Virus record (IMG/VR): IMGVR_UViG_3300049044_000016
Span: 1 to 43,226 of that record
Source of the DNA: a virus
Taxonomy: Duplodnaviria > Caudoviricetes
Strand: one strand, 5' to 3'
Length of the DNA: 43,226 nt
Shown here: positions 17,309 through 25,648 of the stretch, one piece after another
Numbering within the stretch: position 1 is the stretch's first letter
How the letters are laid out: each line of letters starts with the position of its first letter
Made by a program: the position numbers and the translations under genes
Notes under the pieces: generated by a model
Told to the model about the DNA's origin: nothing
Database searches by the model: none
Seen by the model: the letters and a program-made list of their open reading frames with translations, nothing else

Positions 17309-19137
17309 TACATAACACCCCCCTGCAATGCCGCTATCAACTCAGGCGGTATCTGTGGCGCTGGCTGTGGCATTGGAGCAGAACCTGGCGGCACAGCGCC
17401 CATAGGTGGCGGCATGCCTTCTGCCATCTGCGGCGGTTGCATGCTCTGGTCGTTCTCGTCATCCAAGTCCATGCCTACTTGTTCACGCATGAACCGACGC
17501 ATTTCGTTGCGCGTGATTGCTGGTCCATCCGGAAATGTGAGCTTCGCGAAATCCGTCATCATCTGCAGCATAAACGCTCGGTCATTCGGGAATCCGTTAC
17601 CAAGGTTCAACTTGAAGTCGTAACGCGCCTCCCTTGTCATTCCCTCGCCGTTCTCGTCCTTCAGCTGCTTAATCGGTTCCTCGTCATCGAATCCTTCCTG
17701 TCCGTACATTGCATTAGGGACCATCATTGGAAGTCGTCGAAAGTCAGTAGGGTTGATGAATTTAAAGTCTGGTTTATCGCCGGCAATCCGAATCCACATT
17801 TCCGAATCCCAATTCTCCATGATCTCATCGAACAGGAGGTTCAGAACGTCTTCCCAACCGGCTTTGAACATTTCGTTTTTGTGTACGACTGTCTTTTGCC
17901 CTGCCTGTTGGAGCGCCATGATAGCCGCTGCTGCCGTGACTGCTCCAGGCTGTTCACCACGGTTGACGTCAGGCGTGCCCGCGATCAAATCAGCCTCTTG
18001 GAATGCCTTCTCGCGACGTACAGGTACATCCGGGCTAACAGGCGTGCCCTGCACAACATGGAATGAATTGTGGTCACGCATCGGAATGCGAAGCCCAGGC
18101 TTGCTTGTCCATTTGCGGAAATCGAATCCCTTGCCAGCTCCCATGCCAACAACAATCTGCGGATTACCCATTAGTCGCGCATTGATGCGAATCTGATCGT
18201 CCAATTCGTTTATAAGGTCTTGGGTAGGGATAAGTAGTTCAACGTCTCCCATGCCCCATGACGTGCCCCTGCGGAGGTAGCAATTGATCTTCACGAACGG
18301 GTAAAGGTTACGCCGCTGCAGTTTCTTCCCTTTCAGCGTCTTCCTGCTGTCTTCGAGCAATATGTCATTGGCTACGTGCAAACAGTAAAGCTCCCCGTCC
18401 TCGTCACGCATGTAGCATTCGAGAAGGAGAGCTTTTTGGGATGTATCAACATGTACTTCATCGGCTTCCGCGTCCGTGAATGTCTGATCCGGATCGTAAG
18501 GGACTGATACCTCGCGCCTGACAAACTTACCTTTAGGCCACTTTTTGCGGAAGAATGACAGCGGTTTAGGCACAGCGTGAATGATAAACTCGCTTTGCTG
18601 TAACTCATGCGCCCGTGTCACCTTCGGATCATCGAAGAAGTTTGCAGGGCTGACAATCTCGAACTTCGGCAGGCCCTTTCCATCGTCCTCGTCATGATCG
18701 AACCACACTTTGACAATCGTTGTGCCAAGTTCCAGCCGATCGTGCTCGCTGTCGTTGATTTTGGCTTTCAGCTTATTGCGGTATAGCACGTAGTCAACGA
18801 GGTTCTGCGCCTGCTCAGCGAACATATCGTCTGATGGCTCCCACCCCTCGGCGCTGCTGCTGTATGGCTTATCAATCAAGTCGGCTATCTGCGACTCAAT
18901 GATACGGTGAATGACGTTCGTGACGCTGCCAGGGTGTTCCTCTGACTGCTTCGGGTTCTGGCGATTGTGCTTGTAGTCATCGCACATACGCCATATCTGC
19001 GGCAAATTAAGCTGCTGCTTCGCATCCCACGCCTCACGGAACATCTGCTGCACCCGTAGGGCTAAGTCACGTTCCTCGCCTGTCTGGGGTGCTTCTCCTG
19101 TCTCGCGGTCTGTCTTGTCCATAATATCCGTTGGCAT
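17308..19137 (-). CDS. Portal protein (P22-like)
   Basis: 609 aa after TerL; motifs WGMGDVELLIPTQDLINE, TAAAAIMALQQAG; P/Q/M-rich tail. Confidence 0.85.
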   Translation of the reverse strand: MPTDIMDKTDRETGEAPQTGEERDLALRVQQMFREAWDAKQQLNLPQIWRMCDDYKHNRQNPKQSEEHPGSVTNVIHRIIESQIADLIDKPYSSSAEGWEPSDDMFAEQAQNLVDYVLYRNKLKAKINDSEHDRLELGTTIVKVWFDHDEDDGKGLPKFEIVSPANFFDDPKVTRAHELQQSEFIIHAVPKPLSFFRKKWPKGKFVRREVSVPYDPDQTFTDAEADEVHVDTSQKALLLECYMRDEDGELYCLHVANDILLEDSRKTLKGKKLQRRNLYPFVKINCYLRRGTSWGMGDVELLIPTQDLINELDDQIRINARLMGNPQIVVGMGAGKGFDFRKWTSKPGLRIPMRDHNSFHVVQGTPVSPDVPVRREKAFQEADLIAGTPDVNRGEQPGAVTAAAAIMALQQAGQKTVVHKNEMFKAGWEDVLNLLFDEIMENWDSEMWIRIAGDKPDFKFINPTDFRRLPMMVPNAMYGQEGFDDEEPIKQLKDENGEGMTREARYDFKLNLGNGFPNDRAFMLQMMTDFAKLTFPDGPAITRNEMRRFMREQVGMDLDDENDQSMQPPQMAEGMPPPMGAVPPGSAPMPQPAPQIPPELIAALQGGVM

Positions 19138-19141
19138 CTAC

Positions 19142-19411
19142 TCACCTCCTTGGTTCGAACGTGCCCCATCCTTTGTCATCTCCCGACGCTCTAGGCATTG
19201 GCCTGTTGCTCTCCATCTGTGCTTCTAGCATCATCACGCGGTCTTCTAGGTCGCGTATATGGCCCTCTGCACGTTTGTACTCGTCTGCCAGCGTGTCACG
19301 GTTATGCCGTAGCTGGACGAATTGTAGAGCCGCGTAGTAGGCTCCTGATCCGATGATTAGCACGATTAGGATACTTGTGAATGCTTCAATCACTGTAAGA
19401 TCCCCTCTCAA
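19142..19411 (-). CDS. Small membrane-anchored coiled-coil protein
   Basis: N-terminal TM segment followed by a coiled coil. Confidence 0.6.
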   Translation of the reverse strand: MRGDLTVIEAFTSILIVLIIGSGAYYAALQFVQLRHNRDTLADEYKRAEGHIRDLEDRVMMLEAQMESNRPMPRASGDDKGWGTFEPRR

Positions 19412-19685
19412 TGCCTTCTAAAAATTTATCGATGAAGGAACGGAATTCATTTTCTTCCATTGTCTCCATTAATGCTATCCGCTGCGGTTTATCATGAAAT
19501 GCATGATTTTTAAAAAATTGAATCCATTCGTCTCTATGGTATTTGTGATCGGGATACTTTTCGTAATATTCCGTTCTTAACTCAATATTTACAAACGGGG
19601 TCTTCTCATGCCTAACTCGATAGTGCAAAAAGTAGTCTTCAAAATCGAACGATTGTCCGCACTTCTCACATTTCATTTCTACCAC
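19386..19685 (-). CDS. AT-rich C2H2-type zinc-finger protein (moron between TerL and portal)
   Basis: CEKC...HYRVRH; visibly lower GC than the flanks. Confidence 0.6.
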   Translation of the reverse strand: MVEMKCEKCGQSFDFEDYFLHYRVRHEKTPFVNIELRTEYYEKYPDHKYHRDEWIQFFKNHAFHDKPQRIALMETMEENEFRSFIDKFLEGIERGSYSD

Positions 19686-19750
19686 CCTTTACGAGTTTAT
19701 AAATTGCATATAAAAGCACGATAAACATTACAACTATCATCCACATATGT

Positions 19751-21463
19751 TCACCACCCTGCGCTTTTGTACCAATCGCCGTCCTCATCGTCATCATGAC
19801 GCGCTAGACCTTTCGGCACGTATGCGCCATCCTGCAGCACGAACTTGCCGCTTGTCTGCGGTAGTGGGGTTTGCGTGTCAACGATCTGCATGTCAAAGCT
19901 ACCTCCATGCTGTTCGACAACCTTAGCGGCTATCGCGCAGGCCATAACCGTATCGTCGTGTGAGCCAGGCTGTGCGTTGGTAGCTCCATTTGCTTCGATA
20001 ACGTACGTGCGCATCTCGGATAGAACTTTGCTGCTCTTTAATCCGAGTTTTCTTCCACGTACCAGCGAAGCCAGATGATTGATTGCCAACTGCTTGCTCT
20101 TTTCTGACGACCACCAGCCGAGTTCTTCCTTCACCTCGTCAGTAGCCTTGTTTAGCGTTGTGCGCTTGTATAGGTTCCAGTAGGTCTCTTTCAGCTTGTT
20201 AATGACCGTCAGGCCGTGGTTGTTTTCCTCGACCGCTATCATAGCCTCGCCGTACCAGTTACCCAGTTTCTCTAACTCATATGCGAATAGGTCAGGATCG
20301 ATATGCCCATGCCACATGGCCGCTATGTTGTAGTCAGCATCCATGACCACGCCGCAGCTGTAGTCGCCCGTTTCAAGGCCCTTGGCAACGTCTGCTCCAA
20401 TGTAGTAGTCTTTGCCACGCTTAGGACGTTCCCACACCTCTAGGAATCCGTCAGGATTGACATGGAAACCGTTGTCCAACTCTCCGACCGTACCGGCAAC
20501 ACACTTGTTCTTGTACTCGCTCAGTGCCTCACGATCAAAGCGAGGACGACCGGATACAAGGAAAGCTTCCTCATCGTCAGAAGGGTACTCCTGTTTGAAT
20601 GTCTCAGGATCGCCGCCGCAGTTGTTCTTGATACACCAGCGACGCCATACAAGCTTCCTGTGCGTGATCTGCGGATACTTCTTCATTAGCTCGCGTTCTT
20701 CTTCTGTCGGCGTGAATCCGTCGGGTACGTCCATCTCGTATGCCGGTTCCTCGAACCACGCAAAAAAGAGCGCTACGAAGTCGGATTCCCCTTTCTTCGC
20801 ACGCTCCCATTCCTCGTAGAAGTATCCCCCTACGCCGTTCGCTGTTGATTCGAGTATGACCATTGTGTTCGGTGTATTCGGCACCGCTTGCATGAGACCG
20901 AGCATAATCGTTTTGCCGTCTCGCCAGAAAGCAACCTCCGACGCATGCAAATTGTGAATCGTTGCCGAACGTCCTGCACCGAGGTTGTTGGCTGTTGCTA
21001 TCTTTATGCGAGATCGTAGTCCTGGACTGTTGCGTTTCTCTTCCGGATCAAGCGTCGGGTTCTCGAATAGCACTTCCTTGGCATTGCTGGCTTTCTTCAT
21101 TGGCTTAAGCTCGGTCGGAAGCTCGTCATAGAATAGCTTCGACATGTTGAACAAGTTGGTCGATGCGTCGTCTTCATGCGCAACGATGAGACTGTTCGTC
21201 AGCTTCGTCATGCTGGTCGAGTGGAATATGCGTCCCTCTGTGTACGTTGACGCTCCACCCTGCCGATACTTTAGGATGATGATACGAACCGGCTTGCCCT
21301 CTGCCTTCAATTGCTCAATGGTTGCGTCTATCTTGTACTGCATGGTGTTCAGTGAGAAGTTGACTAGTCTTCCGTCCTTGGTCCGTATCTTCAACATTCG
21401 CGGAGCGTAGAATGTGAAGTCGTCTCGTAGCCGTTTCAGGTTCTCTAGCGCTTTGGTACTCAT
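19751..21463 (-). CDS. terL: Terminase large subunit
   Basis: LKYRQGGAST (Walker A-like), LHASEVAFW, ESTANG, YIGADVA, HDDTVMA nuclease motifs. Confidence 0.95.
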   Translation of the reverse strand: MSTKALENLKRLRDDFTFYAPRMLKIRTKDGRLVNFSLNTMQYKIDATIEQLKAEGKPVRIIILKYRQGGASTYTEGRIFHSTSMTKLTNSLIVAHEDDASTNLFNMSKLFYDELPTELKPMKKASNAKEVLFENPTLDPEEKRNSPGLRSRIKIATANNLGAGRSATIHNLHASEVAFWRDGKTIMLGLMQAVPNTPNTMVILESTANGVGGYFYEEWERAKKGESDFVALFFAWFEEPAYEMDVPDGFTPTEEERELMKKYPQITHRKLVWRRWCIKNNCGGDPETFKQEYPSDDEEAFLVSGRPRFDREALSEYKNKCVAGTVGELDNGFHVNPDGFLEVWERPKRGKDYYIGADVAKGLETGDYSCGVVMDADYNIAAMWHGHIDPDLFAYELEKLGNWYGEAMIAVEENNHGLTVINKLKETYWNLYKRTTLNKATDEVKEELGWWSSEKSKQLAINHLASLVRGRKLGLKSSKVLSEMRTYVIEANGATNAQPGSHDDTVMACAIAAKVVEQHGGSFDMQIVDTQTPLPQTSGKFVLQDGAYVPKGLARHDDDEDGDWYKSAGW

Positions 21464-21828
21464 GATAGTTTCTCCAATAGCGATTCAACTGACAATGTAC
21501 CGGACAATTCCAACTTATCCTTGAACATGCCCAGGTGCTTACCTACATCAGCAAGCGCAGCTCTAACAACGGGAGCTTCTGCTGTTTCAATCAATTCCTT
21601 GTATTTATTCAGTACCCATTCCTGCGTCATTTCTGTCTTTTCTTGAAGCAATGATTGCCTTTTTTCAATTTCTGCAGCTATGTCAGGTTTAGTCAAGTTT
21701 TCATGACCTATAGCCCTTGCCGTGCTTTCGCTGTATCCTGCCCTAATTGCCGCCTGCGTAGCATTGAGGTCAATCAGGTATTCATCGACAAATCGTTGTT
21801 GTTTGGCCGTCAATGCCATATCATCCAC
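21460..21828 (-). CDS. terS: Terminase small subunit (SPP1/SF6 type)
   Basis: LTAKQQRFVDEYLIDLNATQAAIRAGYS signature. Confidence 0.95.
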   Translation of the reverse strand: MDDMALTAKQQRFVDEYLIDLNATQAAIRAGYSESTARAIGHENLTKPDIAAEIEKRQSLLQEKTEMTQEWVLNKYKELIETAEAPVVRAALADVGKHLGMFKDKLELSGTLSVESLLEKLS

Positions 21829-21833
21829 CCCCC

Positions 21834-22001
21834 CTACGTTGGCAATATTATCTTCGGTCTGCTATCCTCTACAATCGCAACAAGTGACTGTGCCCATGCG
21901 CTGCACAACTCTGGTGTTACCTCTAGCATGCAGCCATCATCAGCATGTGCTTGCAGTACACTGGCGATCTTTATGAGGTATGCTTGATGTTCCTGTTTCA
22001 T
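21834..22001 (-). CDS. Hypothetical protein, 55 aa (start MKQEHQ)
   Basis: RBS GGAGGT before the ATG at 22001. Confidence 0.65.
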   Translation of the reverse strand: MKQEHQAYLIKIASVLQAHADDGCMLEVTPELCSAWAQSLVAIVEDSRPKIILPT

Positions 22002-22019
22002 TGTCTTACCTCCATACGC

Positions 22020-22048
22020 AAAAGAGCCGTACCCGAAGGTACGACTCT
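22020..22048 (-). terminator. Intrinsic terminator with a UUCG loop ending the late leader
   Basis: AGAGTCGTACC-TTCG-GGTACGGCTCT-TTT. Confidence 0.75.
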
Positions 22049-22503
22049 GTGCAGAACTTACTGTATTGGACAATGTACTACGTCGCCTCAATGCACACAT
22101 GGGATCGATCGTCATATGGACGCTCGTTAGCGCTCGCCGCGTGCTGAGTGATTTTATGTGAAGCGCTTATGCGCGTGTCACCTTAATTACGCGGTCACGG
22201 GCCATTCTCCCGTGAATGGATAGTCAGGGAGTTTAAACCCTCAAGTATGAACTACCGTTTCCGGCCTTTGCGCTTGCCTTTTCAGGTACTACCCAAGCTT
22301 ACGCTTACGTCTCTCTTCCGCCACCGCGATAAAATAAATATATCTGGTAATTTATACGATGCGCGTACCAGCAATGCGCTAACCTCGGAATGAGGTTTCG
22401 TCGCCCTACGCTATTGCGAGTCATCGGGCATTATCCGAATTGGTTAGAAGCCGCATAACCGGCGACTGCGCAGACAGCCATCGCTGATCTGTTGCGGCTT
22501 CCA
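22020..22503 (-). ncRNA. Putative ~480-nt structured non-coding late leader RNA including a tRNA-like domain (22190-22328)
   Basis: No RBS-supported ORF; many stems, GAAA and UUCG tetraloops; bounded by a promoter and a terminator. Confidence 0.55.
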
Positions 22504-22510
22504 TGTACTA

Positions 22511-22554
22511 ACTTTAGCATGTGTCAATCACACTTGAATCACAAATTAATCACA
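22511..22554 (-). promoter_or_regulatory. Late promoter with three TGTGATT repeats at 11-bp period
   Basis: AATCACA at 22526, 22537 and 22548; extended -10 TGCTAAAGT; at the 3' end of the activator gene. Confidence 0.7.
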
Positions 22555-23062
22555 AAATATCCACTCGCATACGGTGTTCACGATGGTGCATGTGTTCACT
22601 ACCTGGCCTTGTTGGAATGTGTTCGATCTGCGGCACTTCTAAGAATCGGAAGCATACCGCCATTTTGTTCAACGCCCGTTTGTGTGTGGACGTGATCGTG
22701 TTTACGCTGCATCCTTTCCGTTCTGCAATCTTCCGCAGCTCCACGCCTTCCATCCACTTTAGCCGCAGTACGCTTTGTTCGTCATCAGTCAGCGTGTCTA
22801 ACGCTCCGTCTACCTCGCTAATGAACGTCTTGTACGCGCTATAGTCTAACCTATCCTGAAAGCTAGTGTGCCCCATATCGCCCATACGAGCGTTAGGAGC
22901 GAAGAATAGTTCTGGCGCTCCCGATCCGCTCGGCATTGCGTCGTAATTGGCTACGCCTGCCTGTGGATGTGGTCTGTGCCGCTCGTACTGGTTAACCGCG
23001 TAACGGTAGGAACGATATTTTTTAAGTGCTTCGGTTATCTGGTCTTTGTGCATGGTTTTCAC
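22550..23062 (-). CDS. Late transcriptional activator (ArpU/RinA-like, sigma70 region 4 HTH)
   Basis: ALDTLTDDEQSVLRLKWMEG...IAERKGCSVNTI...HKRALNKM; upstream of the terminase genes. Confidence 0.8.
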   Translation of the reverse strand: MKTMHKDQITEALKKYRSYRYAVNQYERHRPHPQAGVANYDAMPSGSGAPELFFAPNARMGDMGHTSFQDRLDYSAYKTFISEVDGALDTLTDDEQSVLRLKWMEGVELRKIAERKGCSVNTITSTHKRALNKMAVCFRFLEVPQIEHIPTRPGSEHMHHREHRMRVDIL

Positions 23063-23204
23063 TCCCTGTAGATGATTCTATTTTCGGCAGATTATCCTGC
23101 ATATATTTCATCCACCATCTGTGCTCTTTTTCTAGTCTTTCCCGCATTGACTTCCCGATATCTTCATGATTAAAGAGCTTACTGTAATCTGCCAATCGTT
23201 TCAC
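23022..23204 (-). CDS. Hypothetical protein (60 aa)
   Basis: ORF track; RBS-like GAGGG. Confidence 0.45.
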   Translation of the reverse strand: MKRLADYSKLFNHEDIGKSMRERLEKEHRWWMKYMQDNLPKIESSTGSENHAQRPDNRST

Positions 23205-23244
23205 CCCTCATATGCGAAAGGAGCCTCACGGCCCCTCTCTCTAA

Positions 23245-23460
23245 TCATTCCTTCTCCAACACGAATGTGGGAGGTTTCATAGTGATTTGTTTAATTCTCA
23301 TGCACTCTTCGAATTGCTTGCGAACGTCAACTTTTGAATGTTCTGGGATGTTTCGATCTTTAAGTATAGTCAAAAGATACCTGATCATATCATCCAAGTC
23401 CTTATTCTCCGACTCCTGATGAATGATCTCTTTCACTCGATATCCCGATAAAATATCCAT
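23245..23460 (-). CDS. Hypothetical protein (71 aa)
   Basis: RBS GGGAGG. Confidence 0.7.
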   Translation of the reverse strand: MDILSGYRVKEIIHQESENKDLDDMIRYLLTILKDRNIPEHSKVDVRKQFEECMRIKQITMKPPTFVLEKE

Positions 23461-23493
23461 TCTTAAATCCTCCCATTACATTGGTTGGATATA

Positions 23494-24540
23494 TTATACC
23501 ACTACTCCAACTCCAACGATTTGATCCACTCTTGCTTCGAGCGCAAGGAGTCTGCTTGTGATTTCTTCTGGCGATAATAGTATCGTTCCAGGTACGGATT
23601 CGGTTGGTAGTTCTCCAAGTACCGCCGTGGGAAAATCAATCGTGGGCGGTTCTAGTACGCTGCTGTCGCCCAATGTGCTATCCGGTATAGCGTTTGTTTC
23701 GCTCGGCTGAACAGGTTCGTTTTCGCTTGCTGCTTGCTCGGCGCGAAATCGGCTGGCCTCTTCATCGGTGACCTCCCGATACTTGCCTTTTTCGAGATAG
23801 CCAAACTCGATTGGTTCGCCTGTCTCGACCAACTTTGCCGAGAACCTTTTACCAAGGTTGTCCAATGGTTTTACATCGTAAATCGGGATACGACTAGCTC
23901 TCAGGCGTTCTTGTGCCTCTGCAGCATCATAGTTAACGTTCGTATCTTTAGGCTTCGCAATATTTTCAAGCTGGTTTCGCAGGTTTTCGTTATCTGCTTT
24001 CAGCCGTAACTTTTCTTCTTTCTCTTCTTCCAGTAGGTTCGCAGCGGCTTCGTGCTTTGCCGTCAAATCGGCGATTGTATCCTTTGCTTGGAACAACTCA
24101 TTACGCAAGCTTTGAGCCTCTTCTCGCAAGGAAGCATTCTCTGAATCGTGTGACGCTTTCAGAGCTGAAACAATCTGCGCGTGACGTTGTGCCTGTTCAG
24201 CAAATAGCTTTTGAATCGCGATGTACGATACCTGATATGCGTCCTCGTTCATCCATGCACGCATTGGCATTGTTTCATTGTTGCCAATATCGATAGCTTC
24301 GAGCAAAGCTGATACCTCTTCCTGAGCTGCTTGACCAACGTCTTCAAGTGTCGCCAGCTCCGTACGTTTAGCCTCCAACTTGCTTTTTGCCGTGTCCAAC
24401 TCCTGCTGGATTGCGCTGTACTGCGCTGGGTTGAAGCTCTCACTTGCCGTGATTGTTGCCAATTCGTTTCCGAAGTTTGTCACCTGTTGTTCGAGTGCTG
24501 CAATCTCCTGCAACACCTGATCTTTAGCCGTTTGATCCAC
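23494..24540 (-). CDS. Long acidic coiled-coil protein (348 aa)
   Basis: Heptad E/A/L/Q-rich; RBS AGGAGG; own extended -10 TGGTATAAT at 24591-24599. Confidence 0.8.
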   Translation of the reverse strand: MDQTAKDQVLQEIAALEQQVTNFGNELATITASESFNPAQYSAIQQELDTAKSKLEAKRTELATLEDVGQAAQEEVSALLEAIDIGNNETMPMRAWMNEDAYQVSYIAIQKLFAEQAQRHAQIVSALKASHDSENASLREEAQSLRNELFQAKDTIADLTAKHEAAANLLEEEKEEKLRLKADNENLRNQLENIAKPKDTNVNYDAAEAQERLRASRIPIYDVKPLDNLGKRFSAKLVETGEPIEFGYLEKGKYREVTDEEASRFRAEQAASENEPVQPSETNAIPDSTLGDSSVLEPPTIDFPTAVLGELPTESVPGTILLSPEEITSRLLALEARVDQIVGVGVVV

Positions 24541-24640
24541 CGTTATTCCTCCTGTTTTTACGCCGATTTTATACGTTTTCCGATAGGTTTATTATACCAT
24601 AATTCGTACGTTAATTCACGTATTATTCGCAAGATTCACG

Positions 24641-24874
24641 CTATTCTGACTTATTAATTTGCTTCTCGATTTGATTCAACCTAAGATCGTGTTTAATCAA
24701 TATTTTGTTGTTTAGATCAATATCTGAAATATTCACATATATCCTAGATTGGAGTGAATTTATAATCGCTCGAAGGCCGTTTATTTCACCTTGCATGCGA
24801 AAATTTAATAACATCATGAATACGGATATTACTACCAAAATTCCAAAAATGATATTTTCCAGATGCATACTCAT
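24641..24874 (-). CDS. AT-rich membrane-anchored coiled-coil protein
   Basis: N-terminal TM segment. Confidence 0.6.
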   Translation of the reverse strand: MSMHLENIIFGILVVISVFMMLLNFRMQGEINGLRAIINSLQSRIYVNISDIDLNNKILIKHDLRLNQIEKQINKSE

Positions 24875-24875
24875 C

Positions 24876-25238
24876 CTATATCTCCCCTAGTATTTCTCTC
24901 AAACGTTGATGCAACGCTATGCTGGGCCGTGCCTTGCCATGCTCAATGGCTGACAACATGGTCGCGTACGACTTTACCTTTTCTGCGAGCTCCGCCAGTG
25001 TATATCCGTTTTCCCTGCGCTTGATGTTCAGCCGTATTCCGTATGGTCGTTTCTCCGTATGATTCGGGTACAATACGTTGTCGATCATCTGCCGAGTTTG
25101 AAATGTCGCCTCATTCCGTCCCTTTTCGATATTGCAAATGGTTGCCGTGCTCAATCTACACAGTTTTGCAAATTCGTCTTGTGTTAGTCGCATTTCTTTC
25201 CGCTTTTCTTTGACCTGTTGACCATACATGGTTATCAC
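24876..25238 (-). CDS. Tandem XRE-family HTH regulator
   Basis: Two HTH units (LTQDEFAKLCRLSTATICNIEKG; YTLAELAEKVKSYATMLSAIEHG). Confidence 0.85.
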   Translation of the reverse strand: MITMYGQQVKEKRKEMRLTQDEFAKLCRLSTATICNIEKGRNEATFQTRQMIDNVLYPNHTEKRPYGIRLNIKRRENGYTLAELAEKVKSYATMLSAIEHGKARPSIALHQRLREILGEI

Positions 25239-25393
25239 TCCAATTCTCCAAGGACTTTTTCGAGCGCGATTCTAGCTCTCCCACCCATGACGGATGCACC
25301 TTTTTCCAACTGCGAAATGTAGTTCGCGTTTAGTCCTGATTGCTTCGCCAGAGCACTCTGCGACATGCGACGAGCCAACCGTTTTAACTTCAC
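25235..25393 (-). CDS. XRE-family HTH protein, about 52 aa (MKLKRLARRMSQSALAKQSGLNANYISQLEKG...)
   Basis: Read directly; RBS AGGTGA; below the ORF-track length cut-off. Confidence 0.75.
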   Translation of the reverse strand: MKLKRLARRMSQSALAKQSGLNANYISQLEKGASVMGGRARIALEKVLGELE

Positions 25394-25648
25394 CACATCA
25401 CCTATCATTCTCTACGCCTCCTAGAATAGATTTTCAGACACTTTCACTAGTTACCCTAGCAAATATACTCCCTAGCATTTTGAATCGCTGTATGGTGTCT
25501 TTACGGCCTTCTCACGTGCCCTGTGCATGTCTATCATCTGAACCACATAGGCGGCTGTGATAGTTTTGTACTTTCCAGTTGCTCTTTCCTTTGCTATTGC
25601 GTATAGTTCGTCAAGCGGATTCGGCTCCATCGGTGATCACCTCCAGCA

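Noticed and set aside
17437-18196. Long plus-strand ORFs opposite the portal (and similar ones opposite other late genes)
   Set aside because: Antisense shadows of well-supported genes, with no RBS or recognisable motifs
22002-22115. N-terminal extension of ORF 21834..22115
   Set aside because: Runs through a terminator and has no RBS; a strong RBS precedes the ATG at 22001
22190-22328. Canonical tRNA or tmRNA gene
   Set aside because: No anticodon arm, no TTCRA loop, no CCA and no tag reading frame
22373-22432. Hammerhead-ribozyme-like string on the minus strand (CCGATGA...CGAAAC-CTC...GAG-GTT)
   Set aside because: Core reads CCGAUGA not CUGAUGA, stem II would close with a C-C mismatch, stem I is offset by three extra bases, and an alternative GCCC/GGGC fold exists; kept only as part of the larger ncRNA candidate
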